Assembly (NCBI GenBank): GCA_963716725.1
Contig: CAVQUB010000011.1
Span: 352,001 to 416,000, forward strand
Reading direction: 5' to 3'
DNA: 64,000 bases
Source: an uncultured delta proteobacterium
GTDB taxonomy: Bacteria > Myxococcota_A > Polyangia > Polyangiales > Polyangiaceae
The translations under genes were made by a program, and so were the position numbers. Numbering within the stretch: position 1 is the stretch's first letter; each line of letters starts with the position of its first letter. Under the pieces are notes generated by a model. That model had not been told where the DNA came from, ran no database searches, and was given only the letters and a program-made list of their open reading frames with translations. This document shows, in pieces, positions 28,526 to 39,569 of the stretch.

Positions 28526-29821
28526 ATGAGTCGTTACCTGTTCACCTCCGAGTCCGTCAGCGAAGGCCATCCCGACAAGCTCTGCGATCAGATCTCGGAC
28601 GCAGTCCTCGACGCGTGTCTGAAGCGCGATCCCCGCAGCCGCGTGGCCTGCGAGACGCTCTGCAAGACCGGCTTCGTCGTCGTGGCTGGTGAAATCACGA
28701 CCACCGCCGATCTCGACTTCGGCAAGCTCGCTCGCGGCGTGATCCGCGACATCGGCTACACCAACTCGGACATGGGCTTCGACGCCGAGACCTGCGGCAT
28801 CCTCGCCGCCATCGAGCCGCAGTCCCCGGACATCACCCAGGGCGTGACCGAGGGCGAGGGCATGCACAAGGAGCAGGGCGCCGGCGACCAGGGCCTGATG
28901 TTCGGCTACGCCTGCGACGAGACCCCGGAGCTGATGCCGGCCCCGATCATGTACGCGCACCAGCTGGTCAAGAAGCTGGCGGACGTGCGCAAGGCCGGCA
29001 AGGTCGACTTCTTGCGCCCGGACAGCAAGAGCCAGGTGACTGTCGAATACGAAGACGACCGCCCCAAGCGCATCGACGCGGTGGTGGTCTCGACGCAGCA
29101 CAGCGCCGACGTCAAATACAAGACGCTCAAAGAGGCCGTGATGGAGCTCTGCGTCAAGAAGAGCTTGCCGTCGAAGCTGCTCGACAAGAACACCAAGTAC
29201 TTCATCAACCCGACGGGCCGCTTCGTCATCGGTGGACCCTTCGGGGACGCGGGCCTCACTGGCCGCAAGATCATCGTCGACACCTACGGTGGCATGGGTC
29301 GACACGGCGGCGGCGCCTTCAGCGGCAAGGATCCGAGTAAGGTCGATCGCTCGGCCTGCTACTACGCACGCTACGTGGCCAAGAACATCGTCGCGGCCAA
29401 GCTCGCTCGCAAGGTCGAGGTCCAGGTCGCATACGCCATCGGCGTCGCGCGACCCGTCGGCGTGTACGTGCACACCTTTGGCACCGGCGTGCTCCCGGAC
29501 GAGGCGCTGCAGAAGTACGTGGCCGAGAAGTTCGACATGCGCCCGAAGGCGCTGATCGAGGAGCTCGATCTGCTCCGCCCGATCTACACCCAGACCGCCG
29601 CCTACGGACACTTCGGCCGGAAAGAGTTCACCTGGGAGAGCACTGACCGCGCGAAGGCGATGGCAGACGATCTGCTCGGGGGCAAGGTCAAAGGCGATCG
29701 CAAAGCGACCGGCAATGGCTCGAACGGCCACGACAAGAAGAAGCCGCCGCGCGCCAAGAGCGCCAAGAGCGCCAAGAGCGCCGGCCGCGGTGGCAAGGGC
29801 TCCGCGCACGCCCGTTCCTAA
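28526..29821 (+). CDS. metK: S-adenosylmethionine synthetase
   Basis: [35 protein letters not shown]. Confidence 0.98.
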   Translation: MSRYLFTSESVSEGHPDKLCDQISDAVLDACLKRDPRSRVACETLCKTGFVVVAGEITTTADLDFGKLARGVIRDIGYTNSDMGFDAETCGILAAIEPQSPDITQGVTEGEGMHKEQGAGDQGLMFGYACDETPELMPAPIMYAHQLVKKLADVRKAGKVDFLRPDSKSQVTVEYEDDRPKRIDAVVVSTQHSADVKYKTLKEAVMELCVKKSLPSKLLDKNTKYFINPTGRFVIGGPFGDAGLTGRKIIVDTYGGMGRHGGGAFSGKDPSKVDRSACYYARYVAKNIVAAKLARKVEVQVAYAIGVARPVGVYVHTFGTGVLPDEALQKYVAEKFDMRPKALIEELDLLRPIYTQTAAYGHFGRKEFTWESTDRAKAMADDLLGGKVKGDRKATGNGSNGHDKKKPPRAKSAKSAKSAGRGGKGSAHARS

Positions 29822-30163
29822 AGCTCCTCCCGCGGAGCGCCGTCCGCCCTCCCCGAAAAATTCCGTTCGCGCTGACAGCGCCCCGCGCGACGCCTGTGCG
29901 TCCATGTGGGGTCGTGCGTGACAGGTGCTGCCTCGCCAGCTACCTTGCCAGTGCGGTGGAGCCTGAACCTCGCAGGGCCAACCGCAGCGTGCTTCGGCAC
30001 GCACGGCGGATGACCATGCAGCTCGCACCTCATCGCACGGCTCCAGCTTCGCACCGCCCAATCGGCAGCGCGCGGCGTGGGGTCGCGCTTCGGCAAAGCA
30101 GCGCTCCGCCAGTGGTGCTCTGAGTCTTTCTTTCTCGCAACCTTCAACTGTGTGGATGGGCAA

Positions 30164-31363
30164 ATGGCACGTTCGAATCTGACTCTGCTTGGGACCCTGA
30201 GCTCGGTGATCGTCGCCGCAGCAGCGTTTGGTTGCTCCAGCGCTGGCAGCAGCGGGGGAGGCACGGGCGCCGGCACCTTCGGCGGCAATGGCGGCGGCGG
30301 ATCGGGCGGCGGCGGTGGCCTGAACCTCGGCGGCAACGGGGCCGGAGGCGGCAGCGGGGGGACCCCCGGCTGGACCTGCACCCCGGGCCAGCCTGAGCCG
30401 GGCGCCATGGACATCCCGGGCAACGGCAAGGACGACGACTGCGACGGCACGGTGGACAACGGTGCGCCGCTGAACTGCGACTCGGCGATCACCGTAATCG
30501 CCGACAACGATCCCATGCATGCAGCAATGGCCATCGGGCTGTGTCAGGTATCCGATGGAGTGAAGTGGGGCGTGCTCGAAGCGAAATACGTAAAGGCCGA
30601 CGGCGCGCCCGCGGAAAGCGCTCCGCCAGTGGACCCGCGGCAGCATGGGTTGCTCCCGAAATTCGGCGCGAATGTGAACGTCCAAGAGGGTGGGCGGATG
30701 CTGGCAATCTCCAGCGGAACGGCCCGACAGCCAGGCGACGCGGGCTACGAGGAAGTCAGCGGCTGGGACGCCATCTCGATGGGCACGGCTCCGGCTGGAT
30801 TCCCCATCGACTCCCCCTCGTGCCCGAACGTGCAGACTGCCAACGACACCAAAGCCTGGAACCCCGTCGCCCTCGAGCTGAAGATCAAGGCGCCGCTCAA
30901 CGCCAAGAGCTTCAAGTTCAACTTCAATTTCTACACCTACGAATGGCCTGGATACGTCTGCACCAAGTTCAACGACTTCTTCGTCGCGCTCCAGAGCCCC
31001 GCACCGCCGAGCGCGTTGCAAGGGAACATCTCCTTCGACACCAAGAGCAACCCGGTCAGCGTCAACAACGGCTTCCTCGACGTCTGCGACCCGACCACCG
31101 GCGCGACGAACCCCGGTGGAAAGAACTTCCCCTGCGCGCTGGGCACCCCGCAGCTTCAAGGCACCGGCTTTGAAACCGGGGCGGCCACGGGCTGGCTCGA
31201 GACCGTCTCGCCGGTGTCGGGCGGCAGCGAGTTCACCCTGCGCTTCGCGGTCTGGGACATGGGCGATCCGGTCCTGGACTCGAGCGTCTTGATCGACAAC
31301 TTCACGTGGTCGACCGAAGGTGGAGACATCCCGGTGACCAAGCCGGTACCCGTTCCCAAGTGA
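30164..31363 (+). CDS. Surface lipoprotein, MopE-like motif plus choice-of-anchor-L-like domain (paralog 1)
   Basis: FGC lipobox, Gly linker, GNGKDDDCDG, FNFYTYEWP..C..FND.F, GWL, LRFAVWD.GD..DS. Confidence 0.78.
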   Translation: MARSNLTLLGTLSSVIVAAAAFGCSSAGSSGGGTGAGTFGGNGGGGSGGGGGLNLGGNGAGGGSGGTPGWTCTPGQPEPGAMDIPGNGKDDDCDGTVDNGAPLNCDSAITVIADNDPMHAAMAIGLCQVSDGVKWGVLEAKYVKADGAPAESAPPVDPRQHGLLPKFGANVNVQEGGRMLAISSGTARQPGDAGYEEVSGWDAISMGTAPAGFPIDSPSCPNVQTANDTKAWNPVALELKIKAPLNAKSFKFNFNFYTYEWPGYVCTKFNDFFVALQSPAPPSALQGNISFDTKSNPVSVNNGFLDVCDPTTGATNPGGKNFPCALGTPQLQGTGFETGAATGWLETVSPVSGGSEFTLRFAVWDMGDPVLDSSVLIDNFTWSTEGGDIPVTKPVPVPK

Positions 31364-31482
31364 TGTGTCGCGGCGCACGTGCGCCGCGAGATCCGTAGTC
31401 GACCAAGGTCGACGTGCAGCGTTCGTCAGGTAAACTGTGGTCGATAACGCGGAGCGCGCGGGCTCCGTTCATGAGGTGCGAC

Positions 31483-32782
31483 ATGATTCGTGAGAGCCTG
31501 GTGTTTTGTTCGGTCGTCGTCGTCGGTTTTGCCGTGAGCGCCTGCGGCAGCACGAGCGCGGGCGGCTCCGATGACTTGTTCACGGGTGGCACTTCGGCGG
31601 GCGGCACGTCGGGCGCCGGAGCCTCCGGCGGCATGGCGACTGGAGGCGGCACCAGCAGCGGCGGCGGCGGCGGCGGCCTCGTCATCGACTCGGGGCCAGG
31701 AACCGGGGGCGGCGGGACGAACTGCACCTCGGGTCCCACCGAAGACAAGGACCAAGACGGCTTTAGCGTTCAAGACGGCGACTGCAACGACTGCGACGCC
31801 AACGCCAACCCCGGCGCCTACGACGTCGCGGGCAACAACGTGGACGAGGACTGCAACGGCACCGCCGACGACTCCGCGATCGACTGCGACGGCGCCCTCA
31901 CCGATCTGGCGGACAACGATCCGATGAACGGCGCTCGCTCCATGGGCCTTTGCCAGCAAGCCACCGCCGGTGACAAGAAGTGGGGCGTGCTCGAGGCCAA
32001 GTACGTCATGGCCGACGGCACCGCGGGCATGAACGATCTGAGCCACGGCCTCCTGACCGCCTTCGGTCCCAACGTCAACGTGCAGGAGGGCAAGCGCATG
32101 CTGGTGCTGTCGAGCGGTACCGCCAGGCAGCCAACGGATCCGGGCTACCAGAGCGTGGGCGGCGCCAACATGAACACGACCAGCCCGCCGCCGTCGCCGC
32201 AGTTCCCCATCGACACGCCGACCTGCCCGGGCGTGACCACGACCGGCAAGCCCGCCAACGATCCAGCCGCGCTCGAGCTCAAGATCCGCGTTCCCACCAA
32301 CGCCAAGAGCTTCAGTTTCAACTTCAACTTCTACACCTACGAGTGGCCGGGCTTCGTGTGTTCGAGCTACAACGATTTCTTCGCGGCCCTGCAGACGCCG
32401 GCGCCGCCCAACGCAGCCCTCGGCAACATCTCCTTCGATACCCAAGGCAACCCGGTCAGCGTGAACAACGCCTTCCTGGAGGCCTGTGCGCTGCAGCAGC
32501 GGCCCGCCCTGTACGGCCAAGAGCAAGGTCTTCGCCTGCTCGCTCGGAACGACCCTCCTGGACGGCACCGGCTTCGGGGACCCCACCTACCCGCACGCCG
32601 CGACGGGCTGGCTCGAGACCAAGTCGCCGGTCACGCCCGGCAGCGAAGTCACCCTGCGCTTCGCCATCTGGGACGCCGGAGATCACGTGCTCGACTCGAC
32701 GGTGCTGCTCGACAATTTCGAATTCAGCGCCGACGAAGCGTCTGGCGGTTCCACGACCAAGCCCGTCCCGACTCCGAAGTGA
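31483..32782 (+). CDS. Surface lipoprotein paralog 2 (frameshift at ~32488)
   Basis: Same domains as paralog 1; C-terminus continues in ORF 32486..32782 ending KPVPTPK. Confidence 0.75.
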
Positions 32783-32811
32783 GCGCAGCCACCAACCCAC
32801 CCAGGCCCCCC

Positions 32812-34113
32812 ATGACCCAGTATCGAGCGATGCTCTATGTTGCCACCGGCGCGCTGGCGGCCATCACGGCCGCCGCATGTACGACGGCGAGCAGCAGCGG
32901 CGGCGACGACTTGTTCACGGGAGGCAGCGGCGGCGCCGGCAACGCCGGCGGCGGCGGGGGCTTCGGCGGCAGCGGCAACGGCACCAGCGGCGGCGCTGGC
33001 GGCGGCCTCGTCATCGACGGAGGGGGCGCGACCGGTGGCGGCACCACCAACTGCACTTCCGGACCCACGGAAGACCAAGACAAGGACGGCTTCAGCGTTC
33101 AAGACGGCGATTGCAACGACTGCGACGCCAACGCCAACCCCGGCGCCTACGACGTCGGGGGCAACAACGTCGACGAAGACTGCAACGGCACCGCCGACGA
33201 CACCGCCGTCGATTGCGACTCGGTCATCACCGCCGTCGGCGACAACGATCCGATGAACGGAGCCCGGGCCATCGGCCTCTGCCAACCAGCCACGGCGGGC
33301 GACAAAAAGTGGGGGGTGCTCGAGGCCAAATGGGTCAAGGCCGACGGCTCACCCGGTATGAACGACCTCGCCCACGGGATGCTTCCGAAGTTCGGCCCCA
33401 ACGTGAACTGTCAGGAGGGCAAGCGCATGCTCGGCCTGTCCAGCGGCACCGCCCGCGAGCCCACGGACTCGGACTACGCCGACGTGAGCGGCGAAGACAT
33501 GACGACCACGAGCCCACCGCCCACCGGATTCCCGGTGGACTCACCGAGCTGCCCCGGCAACAACACGACGGGATCCGTGGCCAACGATCCGGCCGGCCTC
33601 GAGCTCAAGTTGCGAGTGCCCACCAACGCCAAGAGCTTCTCGTTCAACTTCAACTTCTACACCTACGAGTGGCCGGACTACGTCTGCTCCGACTACAACG
33701 ACTCGTTCGTCGCGCTGCAGTCTCCGGCGCCGCCCAACGCGAAACTCGGCAACATCTCCTTCGACACTCAGGGCAACCCGGTCAGCGTGAACAACGGCTT
33801 CTTGGACGCCTGTGGCTGCTCCGGCGGCGCACCTTGCCAGGCGGGCGGCAAGACCTTCCCGTGCTCACTCGGCACCACCATCCTCCAGGGCACGGGCTTC
33901 GGCATCGACACGACGCAATACGACGACCACGGCGCCACCGGCTGGCTCGAGACCAAGTCGCCGGTGACCCCAGGCGGCGAGGTCACGCTGCGCTTCGCGA
34001 TCTGGGACGCTGGCGACGAGGTGCTGGACTCCACCGTGTTGATCGACAACTTCGTATTCAGTGCCGATGAAGCCACCGGCACCACCACCAAGCCAGTGCC
34101 AACGCCGAAGTGA
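32812..34113 (+). CDS. Surface lipoprotein paralog 3
   Basis: AAAC lipobox, DQDKDGF..DCND, same domain, ends KPVPTPK. Confidence 0.78.
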   Translation: MTQYRAMLYVATGALAAITAAACTTASSSGGDDLFTGGSGGAGNAGGGGGFGGSGNGTSGGAGGGLVIDGGGATGGGTTNCTSGPTEDQDKDGFSVQDGDCNDCDANANPGAYDVGGNNVDEDCNGTADDTAVDCDSVITAVGDNDPMNGARAIGLCQPATAGDKKWGVLEAKWVKADGSPGMNDLAHGMLPKFGPNVNCQEGKRMLGLSSGTAREPTDSDYADVSGEDMTTTSPPPTGFPVDSPSCPGNNTTGSVANDPAGLELKLRVPTNAKSFSFNFNFYTYEWPDYVCSDYNDSFVALQSPAPPNAKLGNISFDTQGNPVSVNNGFLDACGCSGGAPCQAGGKTFPCSLGTTILQGTGFGIDTTQYDDHGATGWLETKSPVTPGGEVTLRFAIWDAGDEVLDSTVLIDNFVFSADEATGTTTKPVPTPK

Positions 34114-34114
34114 C

Positions 34115-35011
34115 TCAGCGCACGCAGTTGCGTCCGGAGTTCTTTGCCGCGTAGAGCTGGGTGTCGGCACGCTCGTAGAGCGCCTCGGGAGCCTGGTCTG
34201 TGGCCAGGCGCTCGGCCACGCCAACGCTGACAGTGACCGGGATCCGGGTGCCGTCGGCCGTGAACGTCGATGCCTCCACGGCTCGACGGATGTGCTCGGC
34301 GAGATGCCAAGCGTTGGCCGCAGGCATGCCTGGACACAGGACCGCAAATTCCTCGCCGCCCGTGCGAGCGAACACCGCTCCCTGCGGCACGATCTGGGAG
34401 ACGACCGACGAGGCCTGGCGGAGGACTGCGTCGCCCGCCGGGTGCCCGTGCGTGTCGTTGACGCTCTTGAAGTGGTCCAGATCGAAGGCGATGAGGCAAA
34501 GCGGAGCGCCATCGAAGCGAGCGCGCCACATCACGTTGTGCAGCGTCTCGTCGAAGTGGCTGCGGTTGTAGATGCCCGTGAGGCCGTCGTAGCGCATGAG
34601 GCGCTGGATTTCTTCATGATAAGCGGCTTCGACGTTGCCGCCCGACAGGTACTTGACCAGCACCTTGCCGATTCCGACACGATCACCGTCGTCGAGCGGC
34701 TGCTCCGAGACGCGGTTCTCGTTCACGTAGGTGCCGTTGGTCGAGCGCAGATCTTCGATGAAATGTCGCGTGCCGTCCCAGCGCACGCGCGCGTGCAGCC
34801 GGCTGACGCTGTCGAGGTCCAGCTGAAAGCCGCAGCCCACGCCGCGCCCGATGTCGAGGGTCTCCTCGCCGAGCAAGACGCGGTGGCCGAGCCGCGGGCC
34901 GGCGATGACGACCAGGAACGCCTGCCCCGGCGCGCTCTTACGCCAAGAGCGCGTGAAGTCACGCGTGATGGTGACCTCTACGGTGGTCTCGAACAGATCG
35001 TCAGCTGCCAC
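34115..35011 (-). CDS. FHA-GGDEF diguanylate cyclase
   Basis: IGR..VSRLHA..STNGTYVN (FHA); DLDHFK, GGEEF; start assumed at GTG 35011. Confidence 0.92.
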   Translation of the reverse strand: MAADDLFETTVEVTITRDFTRSWRKSAPGQAFLVVIAGPRLGHRVLLGEETLDIGRGVGCGFQLDLDSVSRLHARVRWDGTRHFIEDLRSTNGTYVNENRVSEQPLDDGDRVGIGKVLVKYLSGGNVEAAYHEEIQRLMRYDGLTGIYNRSHFDETLHNVMWRARFDGAPLCLIAFDLDHFKSVNDTHGHPAGDAVLRQASSVVSQIVPQGAVFARTGGEEFAVLCPGMPAANAWHLAEHIRRAVEASTFTADGTRIPVTVSVGVAERLATDQAPEALYERADTQLYAAKNSGRNCVR

Positions 35012-35201
35012 TTCGGGAACACGAAGCGTATCACAGAACCCTCGACCCACACGGTGTAGGGCGGTGTGTGGCGGGAGCGGATCGGGCGCGAAGACCCCCG
35101 CGCCTTTCTCCGAGGGCCTGGCACACATGGCACCGGCACCGGCGCCGCCGCCGCCATCGAGAAGGCAGCAGGCCGGCGCCGTGATTGTTCGGTGGCGGAG
35201 G

Positions 35202-36620
35202 TCAGATGTCGTAGTAGAGGAAGTACTCGAGGGGCGTCGGGTGCAGCCGCGAGAGCTTCAGATCGTTCTCGCGTTTGTAGTCGAGCCACATGCTGATGAC
35301 GTCCTTGGTGAAGACGTCGCCCTTGAGCAGGAACTGGTGGTCGCGCTCGAGAGCGTCGAGGCTCTCCTCGAGCGACGCGGGCATGTGCGGGACGTCCTTC
35401 AGCTCCTCCGGCGAGAGCGAGTAGATGTCCTTGTCCAGCGGATCGCCCGGGTCGATCTTGTTCTGGATGCCGTCGAGGCCCGCCATCATCATGGCCGCGA
35501 AGGTGATGTAGGGGTTGCCGGTCGGATCGGGGAAGCGCACCTCGATGCGTCGCGCCTTCGGCGACGGCGAGTAGGTCGAGATGCGGATCGCTGCCGAGCG
35601 GTTCCGGCTCGAGTAGGCCAGGTTGACCGGCGCTTCGTAGCCCGGCACCAGCCGCTTGTAGCTGTTGGTGGTCGGGTTGGTCAGCGCCGCCAGGCTCTTG
35701 GCGTGCTTGAGGATGCCGCCGATGTAGAAGAGGGCCATGTCGGACATGCCCGCGTAGCCGTCGCCGGCGAAGAGCGGCTTGCCGTCGGTCCACAGCGACT
35801 GGTGGCAGTGCATGCCGTTGCCGTTGTCGCCGAACATCGGCTTGGGCATGAAGGTCGCGGTCTTGCGGTTCTGGTGCGCGACGTTCTTGACGATGTGCTT
35901 GAACCACATCAGCTTGTCCGCACTGCGCAGGAGCGTGTCGTACTTCATGTCGATCTCGCCCTGCCCCGCCGTCGCGACCTCGTGGTGGCTCACTTCCACT
36001 TCGATGCCGACCTGCTTCATGATCAGGCAGATGTCCGTGCGCAGGTCCATCTGCGTGTCTTGAGGCGAGACCGGGAAGTAGCCCTCCTTGTGGCGGATCT
36101 TGTGGCCCAGGTTGGGCCTCTCGTCGCGACCCGTGTTCCAGTCCGCCTCGATGGAGTCGATGTGGAAATAGGCCTCGTGTCCGCTGGCATCGAAGCGAAC
36201 GTCGTCGAAGATGAAGAACTCCGCCTCCGGCCCGAAGTAACAGGTGTCGGCCAGGCCGGTGCTCTTCAGATAGGCCTCGGCCTTCCTGGCGATGTGACGC
36301 GGGTCCCGTGAGTAGTTCTGCCGGGTGATCGTGTCCTGCACCGTGCACAAGAGGCTCAAGGTCGGGTGCTTGGTGAAGGGATCCATGACGGCCGTGGCCG
36401 GGTCCGGGATCAGCAGCATGTCGCTCTGGTTGATGGGCTGAAAGCCACGGATCGACGAGCCGTCGAAGCCGAACCCGTCCTCGAAGCTGTCGGCCTCGAG
36501 GCGGTCGAAGGGAACCGAGGTGTGCTGCCACTTTCCGGGCAGGTCGATGAACTTGAGATCGACCATCACCGCGCTGTTCTTCTTGCCGAATTCGATGACA
36601 TCCTTGGGGTTCATGGGCAT
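35202..36620 (-). CDS. glnA: Glutamine synthetase type I
   Basis: [39 protein letters not shown] adenylylation site; AGGAG RBS. Confidence 0.98.
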   Translation of the reverse strand: MPMNPKDVIEFGKKNSAVMVDLKFIDLPGKWQHTSVPFDRLEADSFEDGFGFDGSSIRGFQPINQSDMLLIPDPATAVMDPFTKHPTLSLLCTVQDTITRQNYSRDPRHIARKAEAYLKSTGLADTCYFGPEAEFFIFDDVRFDASGHEAYFHIDSIEADWNTGRDERPNLGHKIRHKEGYFPVSPQDTQMDLRTDICLIMKQVGIEVEVSHHEVATAGQGEIDMKYDTLLRSADKLMWFKHIVKNVAHQNRKTATFMPKPMFGDNGNGMHCHQSLWTDGKPLFAGDGYAGMSDMALFYIGGILKHAKSLAALTNPTTNSYKRLVPGYEAPVNLAYSSRNRSAAIRISTYSPSPKARRIEVRFPDPTGNPYITFAAMMMAGLDGIQNKIDPGDPLDKDIYSLSPEELKDVPHMPASLEESLDALERDHQFLLKGDVFTKDVISMWLDYKRENDLKLSRLHPTPLEYFLYYDI

Positions 36621-36679
36621 GGTTTCTCCTCGGGATCGGGTCCCGTCAGCAATCGTCGATGCGGAGCTCGAGCTCCGAC

Positions 36680-37141
<462 letters not shown>

Positions 37142-37197
37142 TCAGTCGTCACGAATGAGGCGGGTCAACTCAGCCGATACGTGGAGCAGTTGCGCGC

Positions 37198-38370
37198 TCA
37201 GGCCGGACCCTTGAGCGCGCGGTATGGGCGCAGCGACGGCGGCGGCGGGACCAACGAAGGCTCAAAGGAATCCGGCTGTTCGTCGCCGAGGCAGATCGTG
37301 AGCTGCCGCGCGCTCGTGAGCACGTCGGAGTCGAGGGGCACCGTACGAATGCGCTGGATCCCTTCGGAAATGGGCACGAACTGGATCTGGCTGCCGCGCA
37401 CTGCGACGAGCCCGCTCGTGTTCGTCTCTGCGATGAAACGCGTCGCTGCGCAGCCGAGGCGAAGCGCGAGCACGCGGTCGGTCATGACCGGGCTGCCGCC
37501 GCGCTGGAGGTGACCGAGCACGATGCTGCGGGTCTCCTTGCCGGTGCGCTCGTGCACTTCACGGGCGACATACTCGGCGATGCCGCCGAGCTGCCCGTGC
37601 TCCTTGAACTTGTCAGCGCCCTCTTTGAAGACGGCGGAGCCGCCCGCCGGCATGGCGCCTTCGGCGACGACGACGATGGCGAAGCGCCGGTTCATGATTT
37701 CACGCCAGCGGATCTTGTCGCACACGCGCTCCAGGTCGAAGGGGATCTCCGGGATGAGCACGATGTCGGCTCCGCCGGCCATGCCCGAATACAACGCGAT
37801 CCACCCGGCATGACGCCCCATCACCTCGACCACCATCACGCGCTCGTGGGCCTGAGCCGTGGTGTGCAGCTTGTCGATGGCATCGGTCGCGGTGGCGACC
37901 GCGGTATCGAAGCCGAAGGTCAAATCCGTCCCGGCGAGGTCGTTGTCGATGGTCTTCGGAACCGCGATCACGCGGCGCAGTCCGCGTTCGAGGAGCTTGG
38001 CCGCGAGCCGGATCGAACCATCTCCACCGATGGCCACCAGCGCGTCCACACCGAGCTCCTCCAAACGCTGGATGACCTTGCCCGACACGTCGGTCGGCAC
38101 GAGCTCGCCGCCCTTCATGACCGGGTAGTTGAAGGGATCGCCCCGATTGGTGCTGCCGAGGATGGTGCCGCCGCGGTGATGGATCCCGCGCACGCTGTTT
38201 CGATCGAGGCAGACGACGCCATCCGGATCGTCGAGCAGCCCGTGGTAGCCCTGGCGAATGCCCAGCACCTCCCAGCCGAGGCTCATGCCGCTGATGGCCA
38301 CCGCCCGAATGACCGCGTTGAGGCCGGGTGCGTCGCCCCCACCAGTGTTGACCGCTATCCTTCGAATCAT
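37198..38370 (-). CDS. pfkA: 6-phosphofructokinase (GGDG/PKTIDND type)
   Basis: TGGGDAPGLN, GGTILG, GGDGS, PKTIDND, MGRHAG, LGHLQRGG. Confidence 0.93.
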   Translation of the reverse strand: MIRRIAVNTGGGDAPGLNAVIRAVAISGMSLGWEVLGIRQGYHGLLDDPDGVVCLDRNSVRGIHHRGGTILGSTNRGDPFNYPVMKGGELVPTDVSGKVIQRLEELGVDALVAIGGDGSIRLAAKLLERGLRRVIAVPKTIDNDLAGTDLTFGFDTAVATATDAIDKLHTTAQAHERVMVVEVMGRHAGWIALYSGMAGGADIVLIPEIPFDLERVCDKIRWREIMNRRFAIVVVAEGAMPAGGSAVFKEGADKFKEHGQLGGIAEYVAREVHERTGKETRSIVLGHLQRGGSPVMTDRVLALRLGCAATRFIAETNTSGLVAVRGSQIQFVPISEGIQRIRTVPLDSDVLTSARQLTICLGDEQPDSFEPSLVPPPPSLRPYRALKGPA

Positions 38371-38442
38371 CGCGGCTCGCACTGTAGACTCGGACCCGTC
38401 GCCTGTCTCGTCCGGCGCGCCAGGCGCAGACGCACATTTTAC

Positions 38443-39445
38443 ATGAAGCCGCCGCCAGCCCCCCTGTCCCTCGGACGCTACCCCACGCCAGTGTTTCGCG
38501 CCGAAGCGCTCTCGAGGGCGGGCGCCGAGCTGTGGGTCAAGAACGACGGCGTTTCCGCCGAACCCTACGGCGGCAACAAGGTGCGTAAACTCGAGCTGGT
38601 GCTGGCGGACGCGGCGCGGCGCGGGGCTCGTCGCATCGTGACGACGGGCGCGGGGGGCAGCCACCACGTGCTCGCAACGGCGATCTACGCACGAGCGATC
38701 GGGGTCCCGGTGCTCGCGGTGCTGTGTCCGCAACCCTGGACCGCTCACGCTGAGGCCACGCTCCGCGCGTCACTCGGCCACGGCATCGACGTGCGCGTGG
38801 TCGGCTCGATGAGCGCCGTCCCCTTGGGGATCGCCGCCGCGCTGCGCCGAGGCGACTACTTCGTCCCCGCCGGAGGTTCGAGCAGACTGGGGACGCTGGG
38901 CTACGCCCGCGCGGTCGCCGAGCTCGCCGGGCAGATTCGAGGCGGTGAGCTGCCCGAGCCGGATCTCATCGTCGTGCCATTCGGCTCGGGGGGCACGGTC
39001 GCCGGTATCCTCGCCGGCGTGCTCCGCGAAGGGCTGCGCGCACGCGTGGTGGCGGTCTCGGTCGCCGTGTCGGCGACCCTGGGCCGGGCCGTCGTCTTGG
39101 CATTGGCTCGCGCAGCGACGCGGCTCGACGGCGGTGACGCCGGGCTGCTACGTCTGAGCCGGGCGCTCGAGGTGGACGCGGAGCACCTTGGGGCGGGCTA
39201 CGGGCACCCCACCCCGGGTGGGGCGGCGGCTACCATCGCCGCGCGCAGCGTGGGGCTCACGCTGGACCCAACCTACACGGCAAAGACCTTCGCTCGAGCC
39301 CTCGAGGACGTGCGCGCGCCTGCCGCGCACCGCGTCAGGGTCCTCGTACTGGCACACGCTGTCAGCCGCCCCGCTCGCCCCGCTCCTCGCAAATGCTCCG
39401 GCCTTTGTCCCCCCGGCGCTGGAACGCCTCCTCCCCGGGCGCTGA
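38443..39445 (+). CDS. D-cysteine desulfhydrase / ACC deaminase family PLP enzyme (frameshift ~39340)
   Basis: PTP, GGNKVRKLE, GSGGT, LDPTYTAK; C-terminus YWHTLS in another frame. Confidence 0.85.
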
Positions 39446-39569
39446 GGCCGCGAGAATTCTTACAGTTCTTCGCCGAGACTTGGCGCGTGGTTTCTCGCGA
39501 TCGTCGGGCACCCTTGCTAACGTGACGGCGTCGAGCGCCTCGGCGCCACCCGACCGCCGGCGCACGCAG

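Noticed and set aside
29822..30160. SAH riboswitch or ncRNA after metK
   Set aside because: Only a partial GGAGCGC match, without the downstream consensus elements.
28502..31378. Long antisense or alternative-frame ORFs (this 958-aa one, also 10172..12427, 13085..15097, 21477..23858)
   Set aside because: Shadow ORFs of real genes, expected at high GC; no motifs.
31414..34113. Single 899-aa protein
   Set aside because: Read-through artefact from a frameshift at ~32488; it is two paralogous genes.
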